A stretch of DNA of 64,000 bases, from the NCBI RefSeq assembly GCF_009914755.1, contig NC_060948.1; one strand, 5' to 3'. This document shows positions 1 through 11,386 of the stretch, one piece after another. The notes beneath the pieces were generated by a model. That model was not told the DNA's origin. It saw only the letters and a list, made by a program, of their open reading frames with translations, and did not search any database. The translations under genes and the position numbers were made by a program. This DNA comes from the human T2T-CHM13v2.0 reference genome, Homo sapiens. How positions within the stretch are numbered: the first letter of the stretch is position 1; every line of letters begins with the position of its first letter.

Positions 1-719
1 GAATGCAATGGAATGCTATGGAATGGAATGGAATGCATTGGAATGGAATGTCCTCTAATGGAATGGATTCGAGTGGAATGGAATCGAATATAATGGAGTC
101 GAATGAAATGGAATTGAAAGGAATGGGATTGAATACAAAGGAATATACTGGAATGTAATGTAATGAACTCGAATGTAATTGACTGGAATGGAATGTACAT
201 GAATGGAATGTAATCGAATGGAAAGTAATCCAATGGAATAGAATCTAATGCAATAAAATCGACTCAGTTAGAGTAGAATGTAATGGAATGGAGTGCAGTG
301 CAATGGAATGGAATGGAATGGAATGCAATGGAATGGAATGGAATGGAATGGAATGGGATGGAATGGTATGGAATGGATAGTAATGGACTGGATTGAAATG
401 GACTGGAAAGGTATGGACTCAAATTGAAAGGGCTCGAAAGGAATGGAGTCAAATGGAATGGTCTGGAATGGAATGAACACGAATGTAATGCAATCCAATA
501 GAATGGAATCGAATGGCATGGAATATAAAGAAATGGAATCGAAGAGAATGGAAACAAATGGAATGGAAGTGAATGGAATGGAATTGAATGGAATGGGAAC
601 GAATGGAGTGAAATTGTATGCAGTAGAAGAGAATAGAATGGAATGCAAGCGAAAGGAAAGGAATGGATTGGAATGGAATGGAATTCATTGGAATGGAAGG
701 GAATGTAGTGTAATGGACA
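1..719 (+). repeat. Partial DYZ1 unit at the left edge
   Basis: Matches 3540-4258 and contains the EcoRI landmark GAATTC at 681-686. Confidence 0.9.
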
Positions 720-1094
720 GGCCTGGAATAAAGTGGAATGCTACGGTCTCGAATGGAATAAAAATGTATGGAATGGAATGCAATGAAACGGAATCGAATG
801 TCATAGAATATAATGGAATGCAAAAAAATGGAATCCAAAATCATTGACTGGAAAGGCTGGGTGTCGAAAGGAATTGACTCCAATGGAATGGAATCGAATG
901 GAATGGAAGTGAATAGAATCGAACTAAATCGAATGGAATGGAATTGATAGGAACGGAATGGAAAGGAATGCAATGATTTGGCATGGAATGGAATCGAATG
1001 GCATCGAATGGAATGGAATGGAATGCAATGGAATGGAATGTATTAGAATGTAATGAACTTTAATGGAATGTACTCGAATGGATTCGACTGGAAT

Positions 1095-1109
1095 GGAATG
1101 TTCTGGAAG
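1095..1109. promoter_or_regulatory. Consensus heat-shock element HSE-1 (recurs in all 18 copies)
   Basis: gGAAtgTTCtgGAAg fits nGAAnnTTCnnGAAn, the HSF1 trimer site. Motif match only; binding is not shown. Confidence 0.55.
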
Positions 1110-1374
1110 TGAATGGACTCCAATGGAATGGATTCAAAAGGAATGGAATCGTACGGAATGGAAACTAATGGAATGGAATTAAATGGAAATGAATCAAATT
1201 GAATAGCACGGAATTGAATTGAATGGAATCGAATGCAATGGAATCTAATGAAACGGAAAGGAAAGGAATGGAATGGAATGGAATGGGCTGGAATGGAAAG
1301 GAATCGAAACGAATGGAATGGAATCGAACTGAAGAGACTGGAATGGAATGCACTGGAATGGAAGGGAGTGTAAT

Positions 1375-1389
1375 GGAAGGTTCTCGAAA
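1375..1389. promoter_or_regulatory. Consensus heat-shock element HSE-2 (recurs in all 18 copies)
   Basis: gGAAggTTCtcGAAa fits nGAAnnTTCnnGAAn. Motif match only. Confidence 0.55.
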
Positions 1390-2390
1390 AAAATGGAATC
1401 GAATGGAATGCAATTGAATGGAACGGAATAGAGTCGAATGGAATTGAATGGAATGGAATGGACTAGAGTGAAATGGAATCGAACCACAAGGAATGGACAG
1501 GAATAGAATGGTCTCGAATTGAATGGAATCGTATGGAATGGCATCAAACGGAATGGAATGGACAGCCACGGAATGGAATGCACTCGAATGCAATGGAGTC
1601 GAAACTAATGGACTGGAATAGAATGGACTCGACTGGTAGGGACTCCAATGGAATGGAATCGAATGGAAGGGAATCGATCGGAATGGACTCGAAGGGAAAA
1701 GACTGCAATGGAAAGGTCTCGAATGGAATGGAAATTAATGGAATGGAATGGAATCGAATGAAATGGAGTCAAAAGGAATGGAATCGAATGGCAAGAAATC
1801 GAATGTAATGGAATCGCAAGGAATTGATGTGAACGGAACGGAATGGAATGGAATCCAAAGAAATGGAATAGAATGGAATGGAATCGAATGGAAAGGACTC
1901 GAATGGAAATCACTCGAATAGAATGCAATTTAATAAAATAGGATCAAATGTAATGGAATGGAATGGAAAGGAATCGAAACGAAAGGAATGGAGACAGATG
2001 GAATGGAATGGAACAGAGAGCAATGGTATAGAATGGAATGGAATCATCTGGAATGGAATTGAATGGAATGGAATAATATGAAATGGAATGGAATGGAATG
2101 CCCTTGAATTAAATGGACTGGAATGCAATGAACTCGAACAGAGTAGAATGGAAAGTGTTGAGATAGAATGGAATGGACTCCTTCGGAATGGTGTAGTATG
2201 CAATGCAATCGACAGGCAGGGAATCAAAAGGAATGTAATGGAATGGATTGGACTGGAATGCAATGGACTCGAATAGATTGGAAACGGAATGCAAAGGAAT
2301 GGAATGGAATAGTATGGAATGGAATGGAAAGGAATGGAGTGGAATAGACTAGAGTGGAATGGAATGGACTGGAAAGCAATGGACTGGAAT

Positions 2391-2405
2391 GGAACTTTCT
2401 TGAAT
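2391..2405. promoter_or_regulatory. Consensus heat-shock element HSE-3 (intact in 14 of 18 copies)
   Basis: gGAActTTCttGAAt fits nGAAnnTTCnnGAAn; the third unit is GGA in copies at ~52280, 55850, 59440 and 63023. Confidence 0.5.
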
Positions 2406-4258
2406 GGACTGGAATCAAACGGAATGGAATGCAATGCAATCAAATGGCATGGAATAAAATAGAATGAAAGAGAATCAAATGGAATTGAATCGAATGGAAT
2501 CGAATGGATTGGAAAGGAATAGAATGGAATGGAATGGAATTGACTCAAATGGAATGGACTAGAATGGAATGGATTCGAATGGAAGGCAAAGGAATGGAAT
2601 CTATTGGAATGGACTGTAATGGAATGGAATGGAAGGGATTGGAATGGACTCGAATGGAATGGACTGCAATAGAAAGGATTCGAATGGAATGAAAAAGAAT
2701 TGAATGGAATAGAACAGAATGGAATCAAATCGAATGAAATGGAATGGAATAGAAAGGAATGGAATGAAATGGAATGGAAAGGATTCGAATGGAATGCAAT
2801 CGAATGGAATGGAATCGAACGGAATGGAATAAAATGGAAGAAAACTGGCAAGAAATGGAATCGAAATGAATGGAGTGTTATGGAACGGACTCAAAAGGAA
2901 TTGAATGTAATAGAATGGAGTGGAGTGGACTCGAATATAATGGACTGGAATGGAATGAAATCACATGGAATGGGAACGAATGGAATGGAATGGAAAGGAA
3001 TGGAATCGAATGGAAAGGAATCGAATGGAAGGGAATGAAATTGAATCAACAGGAATGGAAGGGAATAGAATAGACGGTAATGGAATGGACTCGAATAGAA
3101 TGGACACGAATGCTCAAATTGAATGGACTCGAATGGAATGGAAACGAAAGGAATGTCATCGAATGGAATTGAATCGATTGGAATGAAATCGCATAGAATG
3201 GAGTGGAATCAAATGGAATTGAATCGAAAGGAAAGGAAGCGAATGGACTGAAATGAAATGGAATGGAATTGAATGGAAAGTAATGCAATGGAATAGAATG
3301 GAACGAAATTTCACGGAATGGAATCAAACTGAATGGAATCAAATCAATGGAATCAAATCAAATGGAATGGAAAGGAATTGAATGGAGTAGATTGGATTGG
3401 ATGGGATTGGAATGAAATGTACTGGAAAGGACTCGAATTTCATGAAACGGAATGGAATGAATTGGAACGGAATGGACTCGAATGGAATGGAATGTCATGG
3501 AATGGCATCAAATGGAATGGCATCAAATGGAATGGAATCGAATGCAATGGAATGCTATGGAATGGAATGGAATGCATTGGAATGGAATGTCCTCTAATGG
3601 AATGGATTCGAGTGGAATGGAATCGAATATAATGGAGTCGAATGAAATGGAATTGAAAGGAATGGGATCGAATACAATGGAATATACAGGAATGTAATGT
3701 AATGAACTCGAATGTAATTGACTGGAATGGAATGTACATGAATGGAATGTAATCGAATGGAAAGTAATCCAATGGAATAGAATCTAATGCAATAAAATCG
3801 ACTCAGATAGAGTAGAATGTAATGGAATGGAGTGCAGTGCAATGGAATGGAATGGAATGGAATGCAATGGAATGGAATGGAATGGAATGGAATGGGATGG
3901 AATGGTATGGAATGGATAGTAATGGACTGGAGTGAAATGGACTGGAAAGGTATGGACTCAAATTGAAAGGGCTCGAAAGGAATGGAGTCAAATGGAATGG
4001 TCTGGAATGGAATGAACACGAATGTAATGCAATCCAATAGAATGGAATCAAATGGCATGGAATATAAAGAAATGGAATCGAAGAGAATGGAAACAAATGG
4101 AATGGAAGTGAATGGAATGGAATTGAATGGAATGGGAACGAATGGAGTGAAATTGTATGCAGTAGAAGAGAATAGAATGGAATGCAAGCGAAAGGAAAGG
4201 AATGGATTGGAATGGAATGGAATTCATTGGAATGGAAGGGAATGTAGTGTAATGGACA

Positions 4259-7200
4259 GGCCTGGAATAAAGTGGAATGCTACGGTCTCGAATGGAATAA
4301 AAATGTATGGAATGGAATGCAATGAAACGGAATCGAATGTCATAGAATATAATGGAATGCAAAAAAATGGAATCCAAAATCATTGACTGGAAAGGCTGGG
4401 TGTCGAAAGGAATTGACTCCAATGGAATGGAATCGAATGGAATGGAAGTGAATAGAATCGAACTAAATCGAATGGAATGGAATTGATAGGAACGGAATGG
4501 AAAGGAATGCAATGATTTGGCATGGAATGGAATCGAATGGCATCGAATGGAATGGAATGGAATGCAATGGAATGGAATGTATTAGAATGTAATGAACTTT
4601 AATGGAATGTACTCGAATGGATTCGACTGGAATGGAATGTTCTGGAAGTGAATGGACTCCAATGGAATGGATTCAAAAGGAATGGAATCGTACGGAATGG
4701 AAACTAATGGAATGGAATTAAATGGAAATGAATCAAATTGAATAGCACGGAATTGAATTGAATGGAATCGAATGCAATGGAATCTAATGAAACGGAAAGG
4801 AAAGGAATGGAATGGAATGGAATGGGCTGGAATGGAAAGGAATCGAAACGAATGGAATGGAATCGAACTGAAGAGACTGGAATGGAATGCACTGGAATGG
4901 AAGGGAGTGTAATGGAAGGTTCTCGAAAAAAATGGAATCGAATGGAATGCAATTGAATGGAACGGAATAGAGTCGAATGGAATTGAATGGAATGGAATGG
5001 ACTAGAGTGAAATGGAATCGAACCACAAGGAATGGACAGGAATAGAATGGTCTCGAATTGAATGGAATCGTATGGAATGGCATCAAACGGAATGGAATGG
5101 ACAGCCACGGAATGGAATGCACTCGAATGCAATGGAGTCGAAACTAATGGACTGGAATAGAATGGACTCGACTGGTACGGACTCCAATGGAATGGAATCG
5201 AATGGAAGGGAATCGATCGGAATGGACTCGAAGGGAAAAGACTGCAATGGAAAGGTCTCGAATGGAATGGAAATTAATGGAATGGAATGGAATCGAATGA
5301 AATGGAGTCAAAAGGAATGGAATCGAATGGCAAGAAATCGAATGTAATGGAATCGCAAGGAATTGATGTGAACGGAACGGAATGGAATGGAATCCAAAGG
5401 AATGGAATAGAATGGAATGGAATCGAATGGAAAGGACTCGAATGGAAATCACTCGAATAGAATGCAATTTAATAAAATAGGATCAAATGTAATGGAATGG
5501 AATGGAAAGGAATCGAAACGAAAGGAATGGAGACAGATGGAATGGAATGGAACAGAGAGCAATGGTATAGAATGGAATGGAATCATCTGGAATGGAATTG
5601 AATGGAGTGGAATAATATGAAATGGAATGGAATGGAATGGAATGGAATGCCCTTGAATTAAATGGACTGGAATGGAATGGACTCGAACAGAGTGGAATGG
5701 AAAGTGTTGAGATAGAATGGAATGGACTCCTTTGGAATGGTGTAGTATGCAATGCAATCGACTGGCATGGAATCAAAAGGAATGTAATCGAATGAATTGG
5801 ACTGGAATGCAATGGACTCGAATAGATTGGAAACGGAATGCAAAGGAATGGAATGGAATAGTATGGAATGGAATGGAAAGGAATGGAGTGGAATAGACTA
5901 GAGTGGAATGGAATGGACTGGAAAGCAATGGACTGGAATGGAACTTTCTTGAATGGACTGGAATCAAACGGAATGGAATGCAATGCAATCAAATGGCATG
6001 GAATAAAATAGAATGAAAGAGAATCAAATGGAATTGAATCGAATGGAATCGAATGGATTGGAAAGGAATAGAATGGAATGGAATGGAATTGACTCAAATG
6101 GAATGGACTAGAATGGAATGGATTCGAATGGAAGGCAAAGGAATGGAATCTATTGGAATGGACTGTAATGGAATGGAATGGAAGGGATTGGAATGGACTC
6201 GAATGGAATGGACTGCAATAGAAAGGATTCGAATGGAATGAAAAAGAATTGAATGGAATAGAACAGAATGGAATCAAATCGAATGAAATGGAATGGAATA
6301 GAAAGGAATGGAATGAAATGGAATGGAAAGGATTCGAATGGAATGCAATCGAATGGAATGGAATCGAACGGAATGGAATAAAATGGAAGAAAACTGGCAA
6401 GAAATGGAATCGAAATGAATGGAGTGTTATGGAACGGACTCAAAAGGAATTGAATGTAATAGAATGGAGTGGAGTGGACTCGAATATAATGGACTGGAAT
6501 GGATTGAAATCACATGGAATGGGAACGAATGGAATGGAATGGAAAGGAATGGAATCGAAAGGAAAGGAATCGAATGGAAGGGAATGAAATTGAATCAACA
6601 GGAATGGAAGGGAATAGAATAGACGGTAATGGAATGGACTCGAATAGAATGGACACGAATGCTCAAATTGAATGGACTCGAATGGAATGGAAACGAAAGG
6701 AATGTCATCGAATGGAATTGAATCGATTGGAATGAAATCGCATAGAATGGAGTGGAATCAAATGGAATTGAATCGAAAGGAAAGGAAGCGAATGGACTGA
6801 AATGAAATGGAATGGAATTGAATGGAAAGTAATGCAATGGAATAGAATGGAACGAAATTTCACGGAATGGAATCAAACTGAATGGAATCAAATCAATGGA
6901 ATCAAATCAAATGGAATGGAAAGGAATTGAATGGAGTAGATTGGATTGGATGGGATTGGAATGAAATGTACTGGAAAGGACTCGAATTTCATGAAACGGA
7001 ATGGAATGAATTGGAACGGAATGGACTCGAATGGAATGGAATGTCATGGAATGGCATCAAATGGAATGGCATCAAATGGAATGGAATCGAATGCAATGGA
7101 ATGCTATGGAATGGAATGGAATGCATTGGAATGGAATGTCCTCTAATGGAATGGATTCGAGTGGAATGGAATCGAATATAATGGAGTCGAATGAAATGGA

Positions 7201-7832
7201 ATTGAAAGGAATGGGATCGAATACAATGGAATATACTGGAATGTAATGTAATGAACTGGAATGTAATTGACTGGAATGGAATGTACATGAATGGAATGTA
7301 ATCGAATGGAAAGTAATCCAATGGAATAGAATCTAATGCAATAAAATCGACTCAGATAGAGTAGAATGTAATGGAATGGAGTGCAGTGCAATGGAATGCA
7401 ATGGAATGGAATGGAATGGAATGGAATGGAATTCTATGGAATGGAATGGAATGGAATGGAATGGAATGGGATGGAATGGTATGGAATGGATAGTAATGGA
7501 CTGGAGTGAAATGGACTGGAAAGGAATGGACTCAAATTGAAAGGGCTCGAAAGGAATGGAGACAAATGGAATGGTCTGGAATGGAATGAACACGAATGTA
7601 ATGCAATCCAATAGAATGGAGTCGAATGGCATGGAATATAAAGAAATGGAATCGAAGAGAATGGAAACAATTGGAATGGAATTGAATGGAATGGAATTGA
7701 ATGGAATGGGAACGAATGGATTGAAATTGTATGCAGTAGAAGAGAATAGAATGGAATGCAAGCGAAAGGAAAGGAATGGATTGGAATGGAATGGAATTCA
7801 TTGGAATGGAAGGGAATGTAGTGTAATGGACA
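4259..7832 (+). repeat. DYZ1 unit, 3574 bp
   Basis: GGCC 4259 to 7833; extra GAATTC at 7429. Confidence 0.92.
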
Positions 7833-10800
7833 GGCCTGGAATAAAGTGGAATGCTACGGTCCCGAATGGAATAAAAATGTATGGAATGGAATGCAATGAA
7901 TCGGAATCGAATGTCATAGAATGTAATGTAATGCAAAAAAATGGAATCCAAAATCATTGACTGGAAAGGCTGGGTGTCGAAAGGAATTGACTCCAATGGA
8001 ATGGAATCGAATGGAATGGAAGTGAATAGAATCGAACTAAATCGAATGGAATGGAATTGATAGGAACGGAATGGAAAGGAATGCAATGATTTGGCATGGA
8101 ATGGAATCGAATGGCATCGAATGGAATGGAATGGAATGCAATGGAATGGAATGTATTAGAACGTAATGAACTTTAATGGAATGTACTCGAATGGATTCGA
8201 CTGGAATGGAATGTTCTGGAAGTGAATGGACTCCAATGGAATGGATTCAAAAGGAATGGAATCGTACGGAATGGAAACTAATGGAATGGAATTAAATGGA
8301 AATGAATCAAATTGAATAGCACGGAATTGAATTGAATGGAATGGAATGCAATGGAATCTAATGAAACGGAAAGGAAAGGAATGGAATGGAATGGAATGGG
8401 CTGGAATGGAAAGGAATCGAAACGAATGGAATGGAATCGAACTGAAGAGACTGGAATGGAATGCACTGGAATGGAAGGGAGTGTAATGGAAGGTTCTCGA
8501 AAAAAATGGAATCGAATGGAATGGAATTGAATGGAACGGAATAGAGTCGAATGGAATTCAATGGAATGGAATGGACTAGAGTGAAATGGAATCGAACCAC
8601 AAGGAATGGACAGGAAAAGAATGGTCTCGAATTGAATGGAATCGTATGGAATGGCATCAAACGGAATGGAATGGACAGCCTCGGAATGGAATGCACTCGA
8701 ATGCAATGGAGTCGAAACTAATGGACTGGAATAGAATGGACTCGACTGGTACGGACTCCAATGGAATGGAATCGAATGGAAGGGAATCGATCGGAATGGA
8801 CTCGAAGGGAAAAGACTGCAATGGAAAGGTCTCGAATGGAATGGAAATTAATGGAATGGAATGGAATCGAATGAAATGGAGTCAAAAGGAATGGAATCGA
8901 ATGGCAAGAAATCGAATGTAATGGAATCGCAAGGAATTGATGTGAACGGAACGGAATGGAATGGAATCCAAAGGAATGGAATAGAATGGAATGGAATCGA
9001 ATGGAAAGGACTCGAATGGAAATCACTCGAATAGAATGCAATTTAATAAAATAGGATCAAATGTAATGGAATGGAATGGAAAGGAATCGAAACGAAAGGA
9101 ATGGAGACAGATGGAATGGAATGGAACAGAGAGCAATGGTATAGAATGGAATGGAATCATCTGGAATGGAATTGAATGGAATGGAATAATATGAAATGGA
9201 ATGGAATGGAATGCCCTTGAATTAAATGGACTGGAATGCAATGAACTCGAACAGAGTGGAATGGAAAGTGTTGAGATAGAATGGAATGGACTCCTTCGGA
9301 ATGGTGTAGCATGCAATGCAATCGACTCTCAGGGAATCAAAAGGAATGTAATGGAATGGATTGGACTGGAATGCAATGGACTCGAATAGATTGGAAACGG
9401 AATGCAAAGGAATGGATTGGAATAGTATGGAATGGAATGGAAAGGAATGGAGTGGAATAGACTAGAGTGGAATGGAATGGACTGGAAAGCAATGGACTGG
9501 AATGGAACTTTCTTGAATGGACTGGAATCAAACGGAATGGAATGCAATGCAATCAAATGGCATGGAATAAAATAGAATGAAAGAGAATCAAATGGAATTG
9601 AATCGAATGGAATCGAATGGATTGGAAAGGAATAGAATGGAATGGAATGGAATTGACTCAAATGGAATGGACTAGAATGGAATGGATTCGAATGGAAGGC
9701 AAAGGAATGGAATCTATTGGAATGGACTGTAATGGAATGGAATGGAAGGGATTGGAATGGACTCGAATGGAATGGACTGCAATAAAAAGGATTCGAATGG
9801 AATGAAAAAGAATTGAATGGAATAGAACAGAATGGAATCAAATCGAATGAAATGGAATGGAATAGAAAGGAATGGAATGAAATGGAATGGAAAGGATTCG
9901 AATGGAATGCAATCGAATGGAATGCAATCGAATGGAATGGAATCGAACGGAATGGAATAAAATGGAAGAAAACTGGCAAGAAATGGAATCGAAATGAATG
10001 GAGTGTTATGGAACGGACTCAAAAGGAATTGAATGTAATAGAATGGAGTGGAGTGGACTCGAATATAATGGACTGGAATGGAATGAAATCACATGGAATG
10101 GGAACGAATGGAATGGAATGGAAAGGAATGGAATCGAATGGAAAGGAATCGAATGGAAGGGAATGAAATTGAATCAACAGGAATGGAAGGGAATAGAATA
10201 GACGGTAATGGAATGGACTCGAATAGAATGGACACGAATGCTCAAATTGAATGGACTCGAATGGAATGGAAACGAAAGGAATGTCATCGAATGGAATTGA
10301 ATCGATTGGAATGAAATCGCATAGAATGGAGTGGAATCAAATGGAATTGAATCGAAAGGAAAGGAAGCGAATGGACTGAAATGAAATGGAATGGAATTGA
10401 ATGGAAAGTAATGCAATGGAATAGAATGGAACGAAATTTCACGGAATGGAATCAAACTGAATGGAATCAAATCAATGGAATCAAATCAAATGGAATGGAA
10501 AGGAATTGAATGGAGTAGATTGGATTGGATGGGATTGGAATGAAATGTACTGGAAAGGACTCGAATTTCATGAAACGGAATGGAATGAATTGGAACGGAA
10601 TGGACTCGAATGGAATGGAATGTCATGGAATGGCATCAAATGGAATGGCATCAAATGGAATGGAATCGAATGCAATGGAATGCTATGGAATGGAATGGAA
10701 TGCATTGGAATGGAATGTCCTCTAATGGAATGGATTCGAGTGGAATGGAATCGAATATAATGGAGTCGAATGAAATGGAATTGAAAGGAATGGGATCGAA

Positions 10801-11386
10801 TAGAATGGAATATACTGGAATGTAATGTAATGAACTCGAATGTAATTGACTGGAATGGAATGTACATGAATGGAATGTAATCGAATGGAAAGTAATCCAA
10901 TGGAATAGAATCTAATGCAATAAAATCGACTCAGATAGAGTAGAATGTAATGGAATGGAGTGCAGTGCAATGGAATGGAATGGAATGGAATGCAATGGAA
11001 TGGAATGGAATGGAATGGAATGGGATGGAATGGTATGGAATGGATAGTAGTGGACTGGATTGAAATGGACTGGAAAGGTATGGACTCAAATTGAAAGGGC
11101 TCGAAAGGAATGGAGTCAAATGGAATGGTCTGGAATGGAATGAACACGAATGTAATGCAATCCAATAGAATGGAATCGAATGGCATGGAATATAAAGAAA
11201 TGGAATCGAAGAGAATGGAAACAAATGGAATGGAAGTGAATGGAATGGAATTGAATGGAATGGGAACGAATGGAGTGAAATTGTATGCAGTAGAAGAGAA
11301 TAGAATGGAATGCAAGCGAAAGGAAAGGAATGGATTGGAATGGAATGGAATTCATTGGAATGGAAGGGAATGTAGTGTAATGGACA
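7833..11386 (+). repeat. DYZ1 unit, 3554 bp
   Basis: GGCC 7833 to 11387; 15-bp duplication near 9905-9935; extra GAATTC at 8554. Confidence 0.92.

Larger units (their letters stand above)
720..4258 (+). repeat. DYZ1 unit, 3539 bp
   Basis: GGCC at 720 to next GGCC at 4259. Confidence 0.92.

Noticed and set aside
443-847. 134-aa + strand ORF preserved in all 18 copies
   Set aside because: Persistence reflects the very high identity between units. It is low-complexity, with many amino-acid-changing variants and no evidence of coding constraint.
850-872. Atypical GC-richer motif GGAAAGGCTGGGTGTCGAAAGG as an insertion or G-quadruplex
   Set aside because: It stays in the 5-bp register (diverged pentamers) and has only one GGG run, insufficient for a canonical G4.
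3304-3447. GAAATTTCACGG and GAATTTCATGAA as further HSEs
   Set aside because: Each has only two correctly spaced inverted units and the TTC is out of the pentamer register, so they were not counted.
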